Source of the DNA: a virus
Taxonomy: Duplodnaviria; Caudoviricetes
IMG/VR virus record: IMGVR_UViG_3300033067_001029
Coordinates: 1 to 55,457 of that record
Reading direction: 5' to 3' (one strand)
DNA length: 55,457 nucleotides
Positions 37,649 to 46,816 of this stretch are shown one piece after another. A program made the translations under genes and the position numbers. The notes beneath the pieces are model-generated. The model ran no database searches and was not told the origin of the DNA. It was given only the letters and a program-made list of their open reading frames with translations. How positions within the stretch are numbered: the first letter of the stretch is position 1; each line of letters begins with the position of its first letter.

Positions 37649-39025
37649 GTGAGTGAACTTCGCCTCATCGCCGAGCGGATCAAGAAGAAGGTCGGGGTGC
37701 GGGACGTCGCCTCTCGCTTCGGGTTCGATTACGGGTCCGGGTCCGACCGCGACCGGTACGCCTGCCCGATCTGCCAAGAGTCGTCCTCCTCGAAGAAGAC
37801 CGTCTCGGTGTTTGAGGGGGACGACGGGCATGAGCACTGGCACTGCTTCTCGTGCGATACCGGCGGGGACTGCATCTCGTGGCTTGCCGCCCGGCTTGAC
37901 TGCCAGCCGTACCAGTCCATCCAGAAGCTCGCGACGATCCTCGGCGTCGAGGTCTCCGGCGATGTCGTTCTCGGGTTCCTGACGGACTCCCTTCGGCGGG
38001 AAGACGTCAGCCGCATCGTGAACTCCCGCGCCACGCTCCGGGCCGTCCGCGCCGAGTGGTGGCGGTGGCGGAACGCCCACCCGTCCGCGTCCGTGGACGA
38101 TCTCGCGGCCCGGCTCCCGGTCGTCGAGTCGGCGGAGGTTCGGTCGTACTACGGCGGGCGTCTCGACCTCGCGCCCCGGGTGCGGGAGATCCTCGGCCGC
38201 CCGACCGCCAAGATTCCGGCCGTGGGTCAAAGCCCGCTCTCTCGGGAGTTCGCGACGGTGTTCTCCCGGTACGTCGACCGGCTCGCAGGCCCGGAGTGCG
38301 TCGAGGTTCTCCCGGACCGCATCGTCGACGTCCCCGAGTACGTCCGCGATCGCGGGTGGGACTCCGTCGACCCATTCGAGGTCGGGTACTGCCCCGTTGG
38401 CGAGCCCGCCACGGACGACATGCGGGAGTTCGCGAGGCACGGGCTCGTCTACCCGAACCGGAAGACCGGGTCGCACCCGATGGACGGTCGCGTGGTCTTC
38501 CCGATCCGGAGCATCGGCGGGCGGATCGTCGCCTTCGCGGGGCGGACCGTCGTCGACTCCCCGGCGAAGTACCTCAACACAAAAGAGACGGGCGAGTTCA
38601 AGAAGGGCATGACCCTCTTCGGCCTCTACGAGAACCTCCGCGAGATCCTTGCCGCCCGAAAGGTGATCGTCGTTGAGGGGTACGCCGACGTCCTCGCAAT
38701 GAGGCGGCGCGGGTCCCGGCTCGCGGTCGCCGCGATGGGCACGGCGCTGACCCCGCACCACGCCGAGATCCTCTCCCGGGTGGCCCGTGAGGTCGTGCTG
38801 CTCCTCGACGGGGACAAGGCGGGGCGGGACGCCGCGACCCGGGCGGTCGACGTTCTCAGGTCGACCCGGTACACCCTCTCTGTCGCCACCCTCCCCCGGG
38901 GGAAGGATCCGGACGATTGCCGGGCCTCGGAGATCCGGGCCGCCCTTGCCGCCCGCAGGCCGGAGGGGGTCCCGGGGCGGGGCCCGGGGGCGGACTGGCT
39001 CCTCCGCCTCCTGGCCCGGTCGTAG
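37649..39025 (+). CDS. dnaG: DnaG-type primase
   Basis: Zn finger CPIC..HCFSC; RVVFPI and KYLN; TOPRIM VEGYAD and LDGD.AG; KDPD. Confidence 0.95.
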   Translation: MSELRLIAERIKKKVGVRDVASRFGFDYGSGSDRDRYACPICQESSSSKKTVSVFEGDDGHEHWHCFSCDTGGDCISWLAARLDCQPYQSIQKLATILGVEVSGDVVLGFLTDSLRREDVSRIVNSRATLRAVRAEWWRWRNAHPSASVDDLAARLPVVESAEVRSYYGGRLDLAPRVREILGRPTAKIPAVGQSPLSREFATVFSRYVDRLAGPECVEVLPDRIVDVPEYVRDRGWDSVDPFEVGYCPVGEPATDDMREFARHGLVYPNRKTGSHPMDGRVVFPIRSIGGRIVAFAGRTVVDSPAKYLNTKETGEFKKGMTLFGLYENLREILAARKVIVVEGYADVLAMRRRGSRLAVAAMGTALTPHHAEILSRVAREVVLLLDGDKAGRDAATRAVDVLRSTRYTLSVATLPRGKDPDDCRASEIRAALAARRPEGVPGRGPGADWLLRLLARS

Positions 39026-39095
39026 GCCAAGGAAACGGTACGGACGGGCCCCTAACGGGCCCTTGTTTCTACCGGAAACAAGCCCCCGGGCGGGA

Positions 39096-39202
39096 TATTC
39101 CGGGAAATATCGCCCCCCACGATAGGAAACAGTAGACACCGGCCGATTCTTGACGTATCCTATCGGTGCCGGGAGAGCCCCGGCTCAGGAGACCGCCGAT
39201 GA
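39096..39202 (+). repeat. 107-bp exact direct repeat (promoter-hairpin-RBS cassette), copy 1
   Basis: Identical to 43649-43755; contains TAGACA-N17-TATCCT, a CCGGG hairpin, AGGAGA and the ATG. Confidence 0.95.
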
Positions 39203-40500
39203 CGAAGATGACCTCGCCCGCCCGCGTGTCCGCCCCCGCCAAGATCACCCCCGGTGCGCGCCCGGCACCCAAGCCCGCCGCCCCGGCCGTCTCCGGCCCG
39301 GTCGCGAAGCTCCTCGACCTCCGCCGGTGGGCGGAGACCCGGGTGGTCGGCCGTACGGCCGAGATCGAACTCGTGACCCTCGCCCTCGCCGCCCGCGTGA
39401 ACGTCCTCCTCCTCGGGGTGCCCGGGACCGCGAAGACGATGCTCGTCGAGACCCTCTCCTCCGGGTTCTGCCCCACGCCGACGGACTTCTTCGACGTCCT
39501 GATGACGAAGTTCACGAAGCCCGCCGAGGTCTTCGGGCCGACCGACGTGGTCGCGCTCCGGGACGAGGCCACGCTGCGGACTGCCACGGCGGGGTACCTC
39601 CCGGAGGCCCGGGTCGGGTTCCTCGACGAGATCTTCAAGGCGAGCAGCGCCATCCTCAACGCCCTTCTTCGGCTCGCGAACGAGCGGACCTACCGGAACG
39701 GGGCCGAGTGGGTCCGGTGCCCGACCCGGATGCTGGTCGGTGCGTCGAACGAGATGCCGGAGGACCCCACGCTCCTCGCCGCCTTCTACGACCGCTTTCC
39801 CCTCAAGTCGATCGTGAACCCCCTCGAAGACCAAGCCTTCTCCGACATGATCCGGCTCGTCTCGAAGCCCGCCCCCAAGTCGGCCGCGCCGGTCTCCCTC
39901 ACGGAGAAGGACTTCGCGGAACTCGACCGGGTGGTCGACGCCGTCGAGATCCCCGCGTCGATCGTCGACGCCCTCGCGACCCTCCGGGGCGTCCTCCGGG
40001 CGAAGGGGATCCGCCCATCTGACCGCCGGTGGGCTCAGTCCGTCCGGATCCTCAAGGCCGCCGCCGCCCTCACGGGCCGCACCACGGTTGCCCGCAAGGA
40101 CCTCCGGTCGATCGAGTCGGTGCTCTGGTCGACCCCGGAGGAGATCGGGCGGGTGAAGGCGGAGATCGACGGGCAGATGAACCCGATCGACCGGGTCCTC
40201 CGGGAGTCCGCCGACCGCATCTTCGGGTCCCGCCGGGCGATCCTCGACGCCGCCGGTCCCGCCGGGGACATGGTCGCCGCGACCTCCGCCGCGACGACCG
40301 CCCTCGCCGTCATCAAGGCCCAGGACGCCCACTTCGACGTGATCGAGGAGAACATGATCGAGACGCAAGAGGACCGGGAGAAGTTCGAGATCGTCCGCTC
40401 CGCGTGCCAGTCCCTCCGGGACGCGATCGCGGAGGTCTGCAAGGGCAAGTCCGGGTCCCTTTCCGCCCTCCGGGAGGCGGAGGCCCCGGTGATCGGCTGA
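39199..40500 (+). CDS. MoxR/RavA-like AAA+ ATPase
   Basis: GVPGTAKT, FLDEIFKA, ILNALL, GASNE.P and YDRF motifs. Confidence 0.92.
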   Translation: MTKMTSPARVSAPAKITPGARPAPKPAAPAVSGPVAKLLDLRRWAETRVVGRTAEIELVTLALAARVNVLLLGVPGTAKTMLVETLSSGFCPTPTDFFDVLMTKFTKPAEVFGPTDVVALRDEATLRTATAGYLPEARVGFLDEIFKASSAILNALLRLANERTYRNGAEWVRCPTRMLVGASNEMPEDPTLLAAFYDRFPLKSIVNPLEDQAFSDMIRLVSKPAPKSAAPVSLTEKDFAELDRVVDAVEIPASIVDALATLRGVLRAKGIRPSDRRWAQSVRILKAAAALTGRTTVARKDLRSIESVLWSTPEEIGRVKAEIDGQMNPIDRVLRESADRIFGSRRAILDAAGPAGDMVAATSAATTALAVIKAQDAHFDVIEENMIETQEDREKFEIVRSACQSLRDAIAEVCKGKSGSLSALREAEAPVIG

Positions 40501-40552
40501 ACCACCGCCCCGGGCGGGGAGACCCGCCCGGGTCGTTTCCGGCAGAAACAAT

Positions 40553-40634
40553 CCGATTGGATACGCTAGACTTGCGGGGACTGGTAGCGTATCCTATCGG
40601 TACCGGGGACCCCCGGACAAGGAGACCGCCGATG
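40553..40634 (+). promoter_or_regulatory. Diverged third copy of the promoter cassette
   Basis: TAGACT-N17-TATCCT, inverted arms, hairpin, AGGAGACCGCCGATG. Confidence 0.85.
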
Positions 40635-42170
40635 ACCGCGCACGACCTCACGCACTTCACCCCGCTCGCACACCAGCAAGCCCAGCGATACCACCGTCTC
40701 GACGAGATCATGTACAGCCGGGTCGCGGACGCCGCCCCGGTCCTCCCGGAGTCAATCGGGCGGATCGCCCGGTCTATGGGCACGGGCAAGTCCGAGGCGA
40801 TGACGTACTCGTTCGACACGTTCGCCGCGACCTTCAAGCCGAGCCCGGCACCGTCCGGGATGGGCTCACCGCTCGCCCGGGAGGTGTCGGAGCGGGTGAT
40901 GAAGCACGAGCGGTTCCCCGAACTCCGGGCGTCCACGGTTGGCGACGAGGTCGCCTCCGGGCTCGCGACGGTCTCCCTCACGACCGCCGTCGCGGAGATC
41001 CTCCCCGCCGAACTCAAGCGCAAGGCCGAGGAGGAGCGGAAGGCCCGGGACAAGGCGACCGACGCCGAGACGTACGCCGAGGAGTTGGCGGAGGACTCCG
41101 AGTCGACCGCCCAGGAGGTCGCCGACGCCCGCGAGAAGGCCCGTCAGGCTCGGGAGTCGGCCAAGCGGGCCGCCGCCGTCCTCGCGGTCGAGATCCGGGA
41201 CTCCGGGGGGAAGATCGCGACGGCGGTCTCGAAGGCGATGGGGGCCGCGATCGAGGAGGCCGGGGCCGCCAAGTCCGCCGGGAACGCCTTCGGGGTCGGC
41301 ACGTTCGACCCGACCGAGTCGATGGACATCGCCGCCCGCCTCCAGTTGGCGAAGCTCGTCCAGAAGTCCGGGCCCGCCTTCAAGGAACTCCTCAAGATCA
41401 TCGGCGCGGTTCTTCAGGACCGCGCCGAGAAGGCCGCAAAGAAGTTCGCCGCCGACGCCGGGGACGTCGCGGAGGTCGGCCATGGGTCCGACGTCGGCCG
41501 GATGCTCGACGAGGAGGTCGCCGCCCTCACGGACAAGTCCGACGCCCTCGCTCTCGCTCGGTTCGCCGACGACGCGATGATGCAGGTCGAGGTCGAGACC
41601 CGCGAGAGCGCCGTGAAGGGGGACGTCATCATCCTCCTCGACGAGTCCGGCTCGATGAGCTGCGAGGCGTCGCCCGGGGTCACGCGGGAGGCCGAGGCGA
41701 AGGGCATCACGATCGCGATTGCCCACGCGATGCTCCGGGAGCGCCGCTCGGTCCGGGTCCTCTTCTTCCAGTCGACCGTGACGCACCGGGTCGACCTCTC
41801 CCCGGCGGACATCACGGCGCGGCGGAACGGGATGCCGGTCGCCACCGCGAAGCTCGCGGAGATCGCCTCGCGGGGGATCGGGGGCGGGACGGAGTTCGAC
41901 GCCCCGCTCACCGAAGCGATGGACGTCCTCGCCTCCGGCAAGATGAAGGGCGCGGACGTGATGATGATTACCGACGGGGTGTCCCACGTCTCCCAGCGGG
42001 TGTCGGACCGCGTGAACGAGATCCGGAAGTCGCACGGGGTGACCTTCTACGGGATGGCGGTCGGCAAGGAAGCCCGGGGGTGCGTCCCGGTCTTCGAGAA
42101 GTTCGCCGACCGGGTGTTCTCCGGCGACTCGATCCTCGCGGGCGCGAAGGAACTCGTCGAGATCCTCTAG
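40632..42170 (+). CDS. VWA-domain (ViaA-like) protein
   Basis: MIDAS motif DESGSM, GGGTEF and MITDG; follows the MoxR gene. Confidence 0.9.
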   Translation: MTAHDLTHFTPLAHQQAQRYHRLDEIMYSRVADAAPVLPESIGRIARSMGTGKSEAMTYSFDTFAATFKPSPAPSGMGSPLAREVSERVMKHERFPELRASTVGDEVASGLATVSLTTAVAEILPAELKRKAEEERKARDKATDAETYAEELAEDSESTAQEVADAREKARQARESAKRAAAVLAVEIRDSGGKIATAVSKAMGAAIEEAGAAKSAGNAFGVGTFDPTESMDIAARLQLAKLVQKSGPAFKELLKIIGAVLQDRAEKAAKKFAADAGDVAEVGHGSDVGRMLDEEVAALTDKSDALALARFADDAMMQVEVETRESAVKGDVIILLDESGSMSCEASPGVTREAEAKGITIAIAHAMLRERRSVRVLFFQSTVTHRVDLSPADITARRNGMPVATAKLAEIASRGIGGGTEFDAPLTEAMDVLASGKMKGADVMMITDGVSHVSQRVSDRVNEIRKSHGVTFYGMAVGKEARGCVPVFEKFADRVFSGDSILAGAKELVEIL

Positions 42171-42235
42171 GGCAACGACCCGCCGGGGAGGAGACTCCCC
42201 GGCGGGGATTCGGGGGTGGGGAAGGAGACCAGCCG

Positions 42236-42409
42236 ATGAGAACCCGTGCCGCCAAGTCCCCCGTCGATTCGCTACTATCCGTCACGCTGGCGTTGCTCAG
42301 CCTCTTGTGCATCGCCGCGTTCATCGTCTCGCCGTGGGTCCTCGCCGATGCGGTGGGGATCGTCGCCTTCGGCGTGTTCTGCCTCTCGACGATCCCCGCC
42401 GCAAGGTGA
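42236..42409 (+). CDS. Small protein with two transmembrane segments
   Basis: AAGGAG RBS; 57 aa, strongly hydrophobic. Confidence 0.6.
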   Translation: MRTRAAKSPVDSLLSVTLALLSLLCIAAFIVSPWVLADAVGIVAFGVFCLSTIPAAR

Positions 42410-42414
42410 ACCCC

Positions 42415-42687
42415 ATGACCGACCGCAAGCCGAAGAAGAAGGTGTCCGCCGCGACCGCCGCCAAGATCTCGAAGGCCCTCCGGGGCCGGGTGTTCTCCGA
42501 CGAGCACCGGCAGCGGATCTCGGAGGCGCTCCGGGGCAACCGGCTCGCGGCCGGGCACCGGGTCACCCGGAAGCAGATCGCGAACCTCAACAAGAACCGG
42601 AGGGGCCGGAAGATCAACCCGGAAAGCCTCAAGAACCTCCGCCAGTTCAACGCCAAGAAGGGCAAGCCCGATGCCGATCCCGAATGA
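42415..42687 (+). CDS. NUMOD3-repeat basic DNA-binding protein
   Basis: S.ATAAKISKALRG and SDEHRQRISEALRG repeats. Confidence 0.65.
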   Translation: MTDRKPKKKVSAATAAKISKALRGRVFSDEHRQRISEALRGNRLAAGHRVTRKQIANLNKNRRGRKINPESLKNLRQFNAKKGKPDADPE

Positions 42688-42985
42688 GAAGTTCAACCCC
42701 GGCGTGGTCTCCAACTCCGCCGAGGTCCGTCAGGTGATCGAGTGGATCGGGGGCCGCCCGGTCCCCACGCTCGCCGAGTTGTACGCGACCGGGGAGTACC
42801 GCCCCGCCCGCACGGCGTTGCCGCCTCCGGCCCGGAGCGCTCCGCCGACGACCCCTCCGCTCCCATCCCCGCCGACCGCTCCGCGCCCTCAGCCCGCCGC
42901 GCCCGCACCGATGAAGGTGGTCGCGGGCCGGGTCCTCATCCGGGTCCCGTCCAAGATCATCCCAAAGACCGCCCTGAAGAAGTGA
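42671..42985 (+). CDS. Pro-rich hypothetical protein
   Basis: Fills the gap before the sigma gene; Pro-rich linker. Confidence 0.5.
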   Translation: MPIPNEKFNPGVVSNSAEVRQVIEWIGGRPVPTLAELYATGEYRPARTALPPPARSAPPTTPPLPSPPTAPRPQPAAPAPMKVVAGRVLIRVPSKIIPKTALKK

Positions 42986-42997
42986 AAGGAGACCGCC

Positions 42998-43612
42998 GTG
43001 ACCGCCGAGTCCGTATTCATCAAGTCCAAAGGCGTCGTGACCTCTCGGCATGCCCGCGAGGTTCCCTTCGAGGTCCGCACGAAGAAGAACCCCCGCCCCG
43101 AAACGCTGGAGCCGGAGGACGTGGCGCGCCACGCGCTCCGGTGCCGGGGGCACCTGAGTACGATCGCACGCCGTTGGGGGTACGAGGGGGACGCGATCGA
43201 CGCCGCCATCGACCTCGCGTCCCGCGTGATCGAGACCGGGTCGTACCGCCGGTACGACCCGACCAAGTCGTCCATAGACTCGTGGCTCGCGGGCGCGGCG
43301 ATGAACTACTTCCGCAAGGCGGGCGAGGTCCGCGCCCGCCGCGAGCGGATCCTCCGGGAGAACTTCGTCCCGTCCTCGGCCCCGCCCCGCCCGGTGTTGT
43401 TCGCCGAGGAGAAGTCCGGGAGCCCCGAGGACGTTGCCCGGTTCCGCCGCCGCCTGACCCCTTCCGAGGCGGACGTCTTCGACCTCTCCGTCCGGGTGGG
43501 CCCCCGGGCCCCGGAGATCGCCCGGGCGCTCGGTTGGGCGGTCGAGGAGGTCCGGGGGTGCCTCCGCCGGATCCGGGACGCCGCCGGGTTCGTCGGTTTA
43601 GGGGCCTGGTAG
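42998..43612 (+). CDS. ECF-like sigma-70 factor
   Basis: Region 2 YDPTKSSIDSWL...AMN; region 4 LTPSEADVF...EIARALG; AAGGAG RBS. Confidence 0.75.
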   Translation: MTAESVFIKSKGVVTSRHAREVPFEVRTKKNPRPETLEPEDVARHALRCRGHLSTIARRWGYEGDAIDAAIDLASRVIETGSYRRYDPTKSSIDSWLAGAAMNYFRKAGEVRARRERILRENFVPSSAPPRPVLFAEEKSGSPEDVARFRRRLTPSEADVFDLSVRVGPRAPEIARALGWAVEEVRGCLRRIRDAAGFVGLGAW

Positions 43613-43648
43613 GGGCTTGTTTCTACGGGAAACAAGGGGGTACGCGAT

Positions 43649-43755
43649 TATTCCGGGAAATATCGCCCCCCACGATAGGAAACAGTAGACACCGGCCGAT
43701 TCTTGACGTATCCTATCGGTGCCGGGAGAGCCCCGGCTCAGGAGACCGCCGATGA
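43649..43755 (+). repeat. 107-bp exact direct repeat, copy 2
   Basis: Identical to 39096-39202. Confidence 0.95.
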
Positions 43756-44033
43756 AGACCGCCGCCCGCCCCGTTCCCGCCGCCCGCATCGAGAAGTCCG
43801 AAGACGTGGTCGAGAAGTACGGGGTCAAGTGCCGCCGGGTCGGGTATACGGCTTTCGACGAGAGCGGGGCCGAGATTCGGTTCGCGTGGGCCGAGCAGTC
43901 CCGATTCAATCAGGACGAGTGGAGCGCCTACAAGTGGCACGACGTGGTCGGTAGGGTCTACATCTCCTCCCGGGCCTTCCCGACCCAGGAGGAGGCGGAG
44001 GCCGACGCCCTTCGGTACGCCAAGAACGGTTGA
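43752..44033 (+). CDS. Small hypothetical protein (probably early)
   Basis: Starts at the ATG of the repeated cassette. Confidence 0.7.
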   Translation: MKTAARPVPAARIEKSEDVVEKYGVKCRRVGYTAFDESGAEIRFAWAEQSRFNQDEWSAYKWHDVVGRVYISSRAFPTQEEAEADALRYAKNG

Positions 44034-44153
44034 CCAAACGCCCCCCGGCGGGAACGCCCGGGGGCGGATTCGGTGGGAGCCCCGCGTGTTGCGGGGCGAG
44101 TCGGACCAGGGCCCGCCCGGCGAGTTGAGAAGGGCCCGCATCGGAGACCGCAG

Positions 44154-45242
44154 ATGTCGAAGAAGAACGCCAAGTCCTCGAAGAAGACCGCGAAGAAGTC
44201 CCACGGGATCAAGGTCGTTGACGGAGACGAGTCCAACGCCCTCGACCCCCAGACCTCCTCGGAGACGACCGCCCCGGCGGAGACCGGCGAGGCCGCGTCC
44301 GCCGAGGGCGGGGTGGAGTTCGAGACGGCTCAGGACTACATGAGCGCCGAGTACCCGGTCGACAAGCTCAAGCTCAACGAGCTGCGGACGCCGACGGAGG
44401 AGGCGGTGAACGAGATGGCGAAGTCCATCCAGCGGGTCGGCCTCCAGAACGCGATCGTCGTCGACGCCAACGGGGAGGTCATCTCCGGCAACACCCGCGT
44501 GCTGGCCTTCCGCAAGCTCGGCCGGGCGACGATCCCCGCCCGCTTCGCGGTCGACGCGAAGGGGAACCCCATCACGAAGGAGGACGCCGCCGCGACCGTC
44601 GCGGGCCTCGCGGAGAACCTCGCCCGGACGCAGATGACGCCGGTCGACCTCGGCCGGGCCGCCCTCGACGCGCTCAAGCGGGGCGTGGCGGGTTCCGAGA
44701 AGGAACTCGCCAACAAGATCGGCGTCTCGACCCCGATCATCTCGAAGGCCGTCGCGATCGCGAACAAGGCCGCCGGTCCGGTCGCGGACTCGATCGCCTC
44801 CGGCGAACTCTCCCTCGACGCGGGCGTCGCGATCGTCTCCCGGTGCGCCTCGCACGACGACCAGCGGGTTGCCCTGGAGATGATCCGGGACGCCGTGAAG
44901 GGGAAGGGCAAGACCGGGAAGATCACGGTCGAGGACGTCGACGCCTCGGTCCCCCGCAAGTCGAAGGACGAGAAGACCGGCCGGGCCCGCTCCGGCCGCC
45001 CGGTCGAGAAGGCCCCGCTCCCGGCCGAGGCGACGAACGCCGAGGCGAGCGGAATCCGCGCGATGCTCCGGAAGACCTCCGACGGCGGGATGATGATCTG
45101 CCTCGACATCGAGATCCCGGTCGACGTGAAGTCCTTCGCCCGGTACGACCTCGAAGCGGCGGTTCAGCGGGCCCTCAAGAAGATGGACGACGGGACGGTC
45201 CGCAAGGAGCTTGAGGTCGCCAAGGAGCGGCTCAAGATCTGA
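44154..45242 (+). CDS. ParB/Spo0J-like protein with HTH
   Basis: SIQRVGLQNAIVV, ISGNTR, ENLAR and HTH ELANKIGVS..IISK. Confidence 0.85.
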   Translation: MSKKNAKSSKKTAKKSHGIKVVDGDESNALDPQTSSETTAPAETGEAASAEGGVEFETAQDYMSAEYPVDKLKLNELRTPTEEAVNEMAKSIQRVGLQNAIVVDANGEVISGNTRVLAFRKLGRATIPARFAVDAKGNPITKEDAAATVAGLAENLARTQMTPVDLGRAALDALKRGVAGSEKELANKIGVSTPIISKAVAIANKAAGPVADSIASGELSLDAGVAIVSRCASHDDQRVALEMIRDAVKGKGKTGKITVEDVDASVPRKSKDEKTGRARSGRPVEKAPLPAEATNAEASGIRAMLRKTSDGGMMICLDIEIPVDVKSFARYDLEAAVQRALKKMDDGTVRKELEVAKERLKI

Positions 45243-45287
45243 CCGGCCGGGTTCGACTTCATCGGCGCGTCGGTCGCGCCGTCTCCG

Positions 45288-45317
45288 CCCCGGGCGCGTC
45301 GCCCGGGGTTTTTCTTT
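45288..45317 (+). terminator. Rho-independent terminator
   Basis: CCCCGGGCG-cgt-CGCCCGGGG followed by TTTTTCTTT. Confidence 0.85.
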
Positions 45318-45341
45318 GGGCGGCTCGCGGGAACGTCCGGC

Positions 45342-45674
45342 ATGACCAGCACCGAGGCCAACAAGATTCTGGGCGCGATCGAGGAGACCGGTCGGTCGAT
45401 CCAGAAGCTCAGGACCGCGATCGAGGTATCCAGGTCCCGCGTCTCCGGTCTTCTCGACGAGGTCCGGGAGATGGGGGTCAAGCTCCCGAAGAAGCCCGCC
45501 GAGATCACCCCGTCGTACGTCTATGCGTGCGTCAGCGAGATCCGGAAGGAGTCCGAGCGGAGGCAGAAGGCCGTCGAGGCCGTCGTGGGGGACATCTCCC
45601 TCGCGATCAAGGAGGCGGACCGCAAGATCGAAGAGGCGGACGCTGCGGCGGACTCCGCGAGGGAGGACGGATGA
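45342..45674 (+). CDS. Coiled-coil protein (possible middle piece of SbcC)
   Basis: Heptad pattern; ATGA overlap with the SbcC C-terminal fragment. Confidence 0.6.
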   Translation: MTSTEANKILGAIEETGRSIQKLRTAIEVSRSRVSGLLDEVREMGVKLPKKPAEITPSYVYACVSEIRKESERRQKAVEAVVGDISLAIKEADRKIEEADAAADSAREDG

Positions 45675-46309
45675 GCAACCCCTCCGTCGAGGCAGCCAAG
45701 GCCCGCATCGCCGGGTACCACGGGCGTCTCGGCCTGCTCCGGAAGCAGGCCGTCGCCTCCCGGGATGCCGCTGTTTCTGCTAGAAACAAGGCCCGCACGA
45801 CCCAATGGGCGCACGACCTCCTGACGAAGCTTGCGGACCGGAAGCGGGAGGAGGTCCGGGTCCGCGTGGAGCGGATTGTCAACGCCGCGCTCCGGGCGGT
45901 CTTCGGCCCGTCGATCTCGTTCCGGTTCGAGGTCACGACCCTCCGGGGCGTGGTGGCGATCCGGCCCGAGGTCGGATTCTCCGTCCGGGGCGGCCCGGTC
46001 AACTTCGTCGGGGTGGATCAGGTGGCGGGCGGGGTGGTCGACGTCGTCTCCTTCGCCATGCGGGTCGCCGTACTGCTCTCCCGCCGCCCGATGCTGCGGC
46101 CGGTCCTCATCGCCGACGAGCCCCTCAAGCACCTTTCCGACGAGTACCTCCCCGCCGCCGCCGAGATGCTCCGACGCCTCGCGGACGAGTGCGGGCTCCA
46201 GATGCTTATCGTGTCGCATGAGCCTGACGTATCGCTCCGCGCCCACCGGGTGTTCCGCGTCACCCGTCCGGCGGGCGTGTCGGCCGTTGCCGTCGAGGAC
46301 CAGCCGTGA
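45671..46309 (+). CDS. SbcC/Rad50 C-terminal half
   Basis: Signature VAGG..DVVSFAMR, Walker B LIADEP, H-loop IVSH; no Walker A. Confidence 0.85.
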   Translation: MSNPSVEAAKARIAGYHGRLGLLRKQAVASRDAAVSARNKARTTQWAHDLLTKLADRKREEVRVRVERIVNAALRAVFGPSISFRFEVTTLRGVVAIRPEVGFSVRGGPVNFVGVDQVAGGVVDVVSFAMRVAVLLSRRPMLRPVLIADEPLKHLSDEYLPAAAEMLRRLADECGLQMLIVSHEPDVSLRAHRVFRVTRPAGVSAVAVEDQP

Positions 46310-46797
46310 GCAAAGACGCCCCCGATATCGACTGGTCGAAGTTCTACTCGGCGATCTCGAAGATGACGGTCCGCATCCCCATCCCGGGCGACGGGGAGGT
46401 CGTCGCGCCGGTGGTGCTGGAGCAACTCCTCGCGGTCGTGCAGCGCCGTCGCCAGAAGGTCGACGAACACGCCCGCCGGATCCTGATGATTCTCGGGAAC
46501 CTCCGGGCCCGCCTCTCCGTGGCCGACCACGACCTCCGGGTCGCCCGGACCGTGTACGCTTCCGACGCCCAGGTCAGTGCCCAAGCCCGGTCCGAGCGCC
46601 AGAAGGCCGCAATCATCGAGTCGCTGGTGATCCGCGAGCATGAGCGGATCTCGAACCTCAAGGCGAAGATTGCCCAGTACGACACGGCGCTCTCCGCCCT
46701 CAAGATGACGGTCGAAACGTTCGACCGTGCCAAGGAAACCCTCAACGCGATGCACCGTGGAGCGATCGCCGAGATGTCCGGTCGAGGGAACGTCTAG
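46306..46797 (+). CDS. Coiled-coil protein (UvsY-like mediator candidate)
   Basis: Helical 163 aa protein next to SSB and RecA. Confidence 0.45.
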   Translation: MSKDAPDIDWSKFYSAISKMTVRIPIPGDGEVVAPVVLEQLLAVVQRRRQKVDEHARRILMILGNLRARLSVADHDLRVARTVYASDAQVSAQARSERQKAAIIESLVIREHERISNLKAKIAQYDTALSALKMTVETFDRAKETLNAMHRGAIAEMSGRGNV

Positions 46798-46816
46798 CAT
46801 CCACAAGGAGTCCATT

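Noticed and set aside
39094-39111. GATATTCCGGGAAATATC resembling a Noc-binding site
   Set aside because: Imperfect match found only at the duplicated cassette, so it is not independent evidence.
39096-43755. 107-bp repeats interpreted as DGR TR/VR or att sites
   Set aside because: The copies are identical and non-coding, and no reverse transcriptase or integrase was seen.
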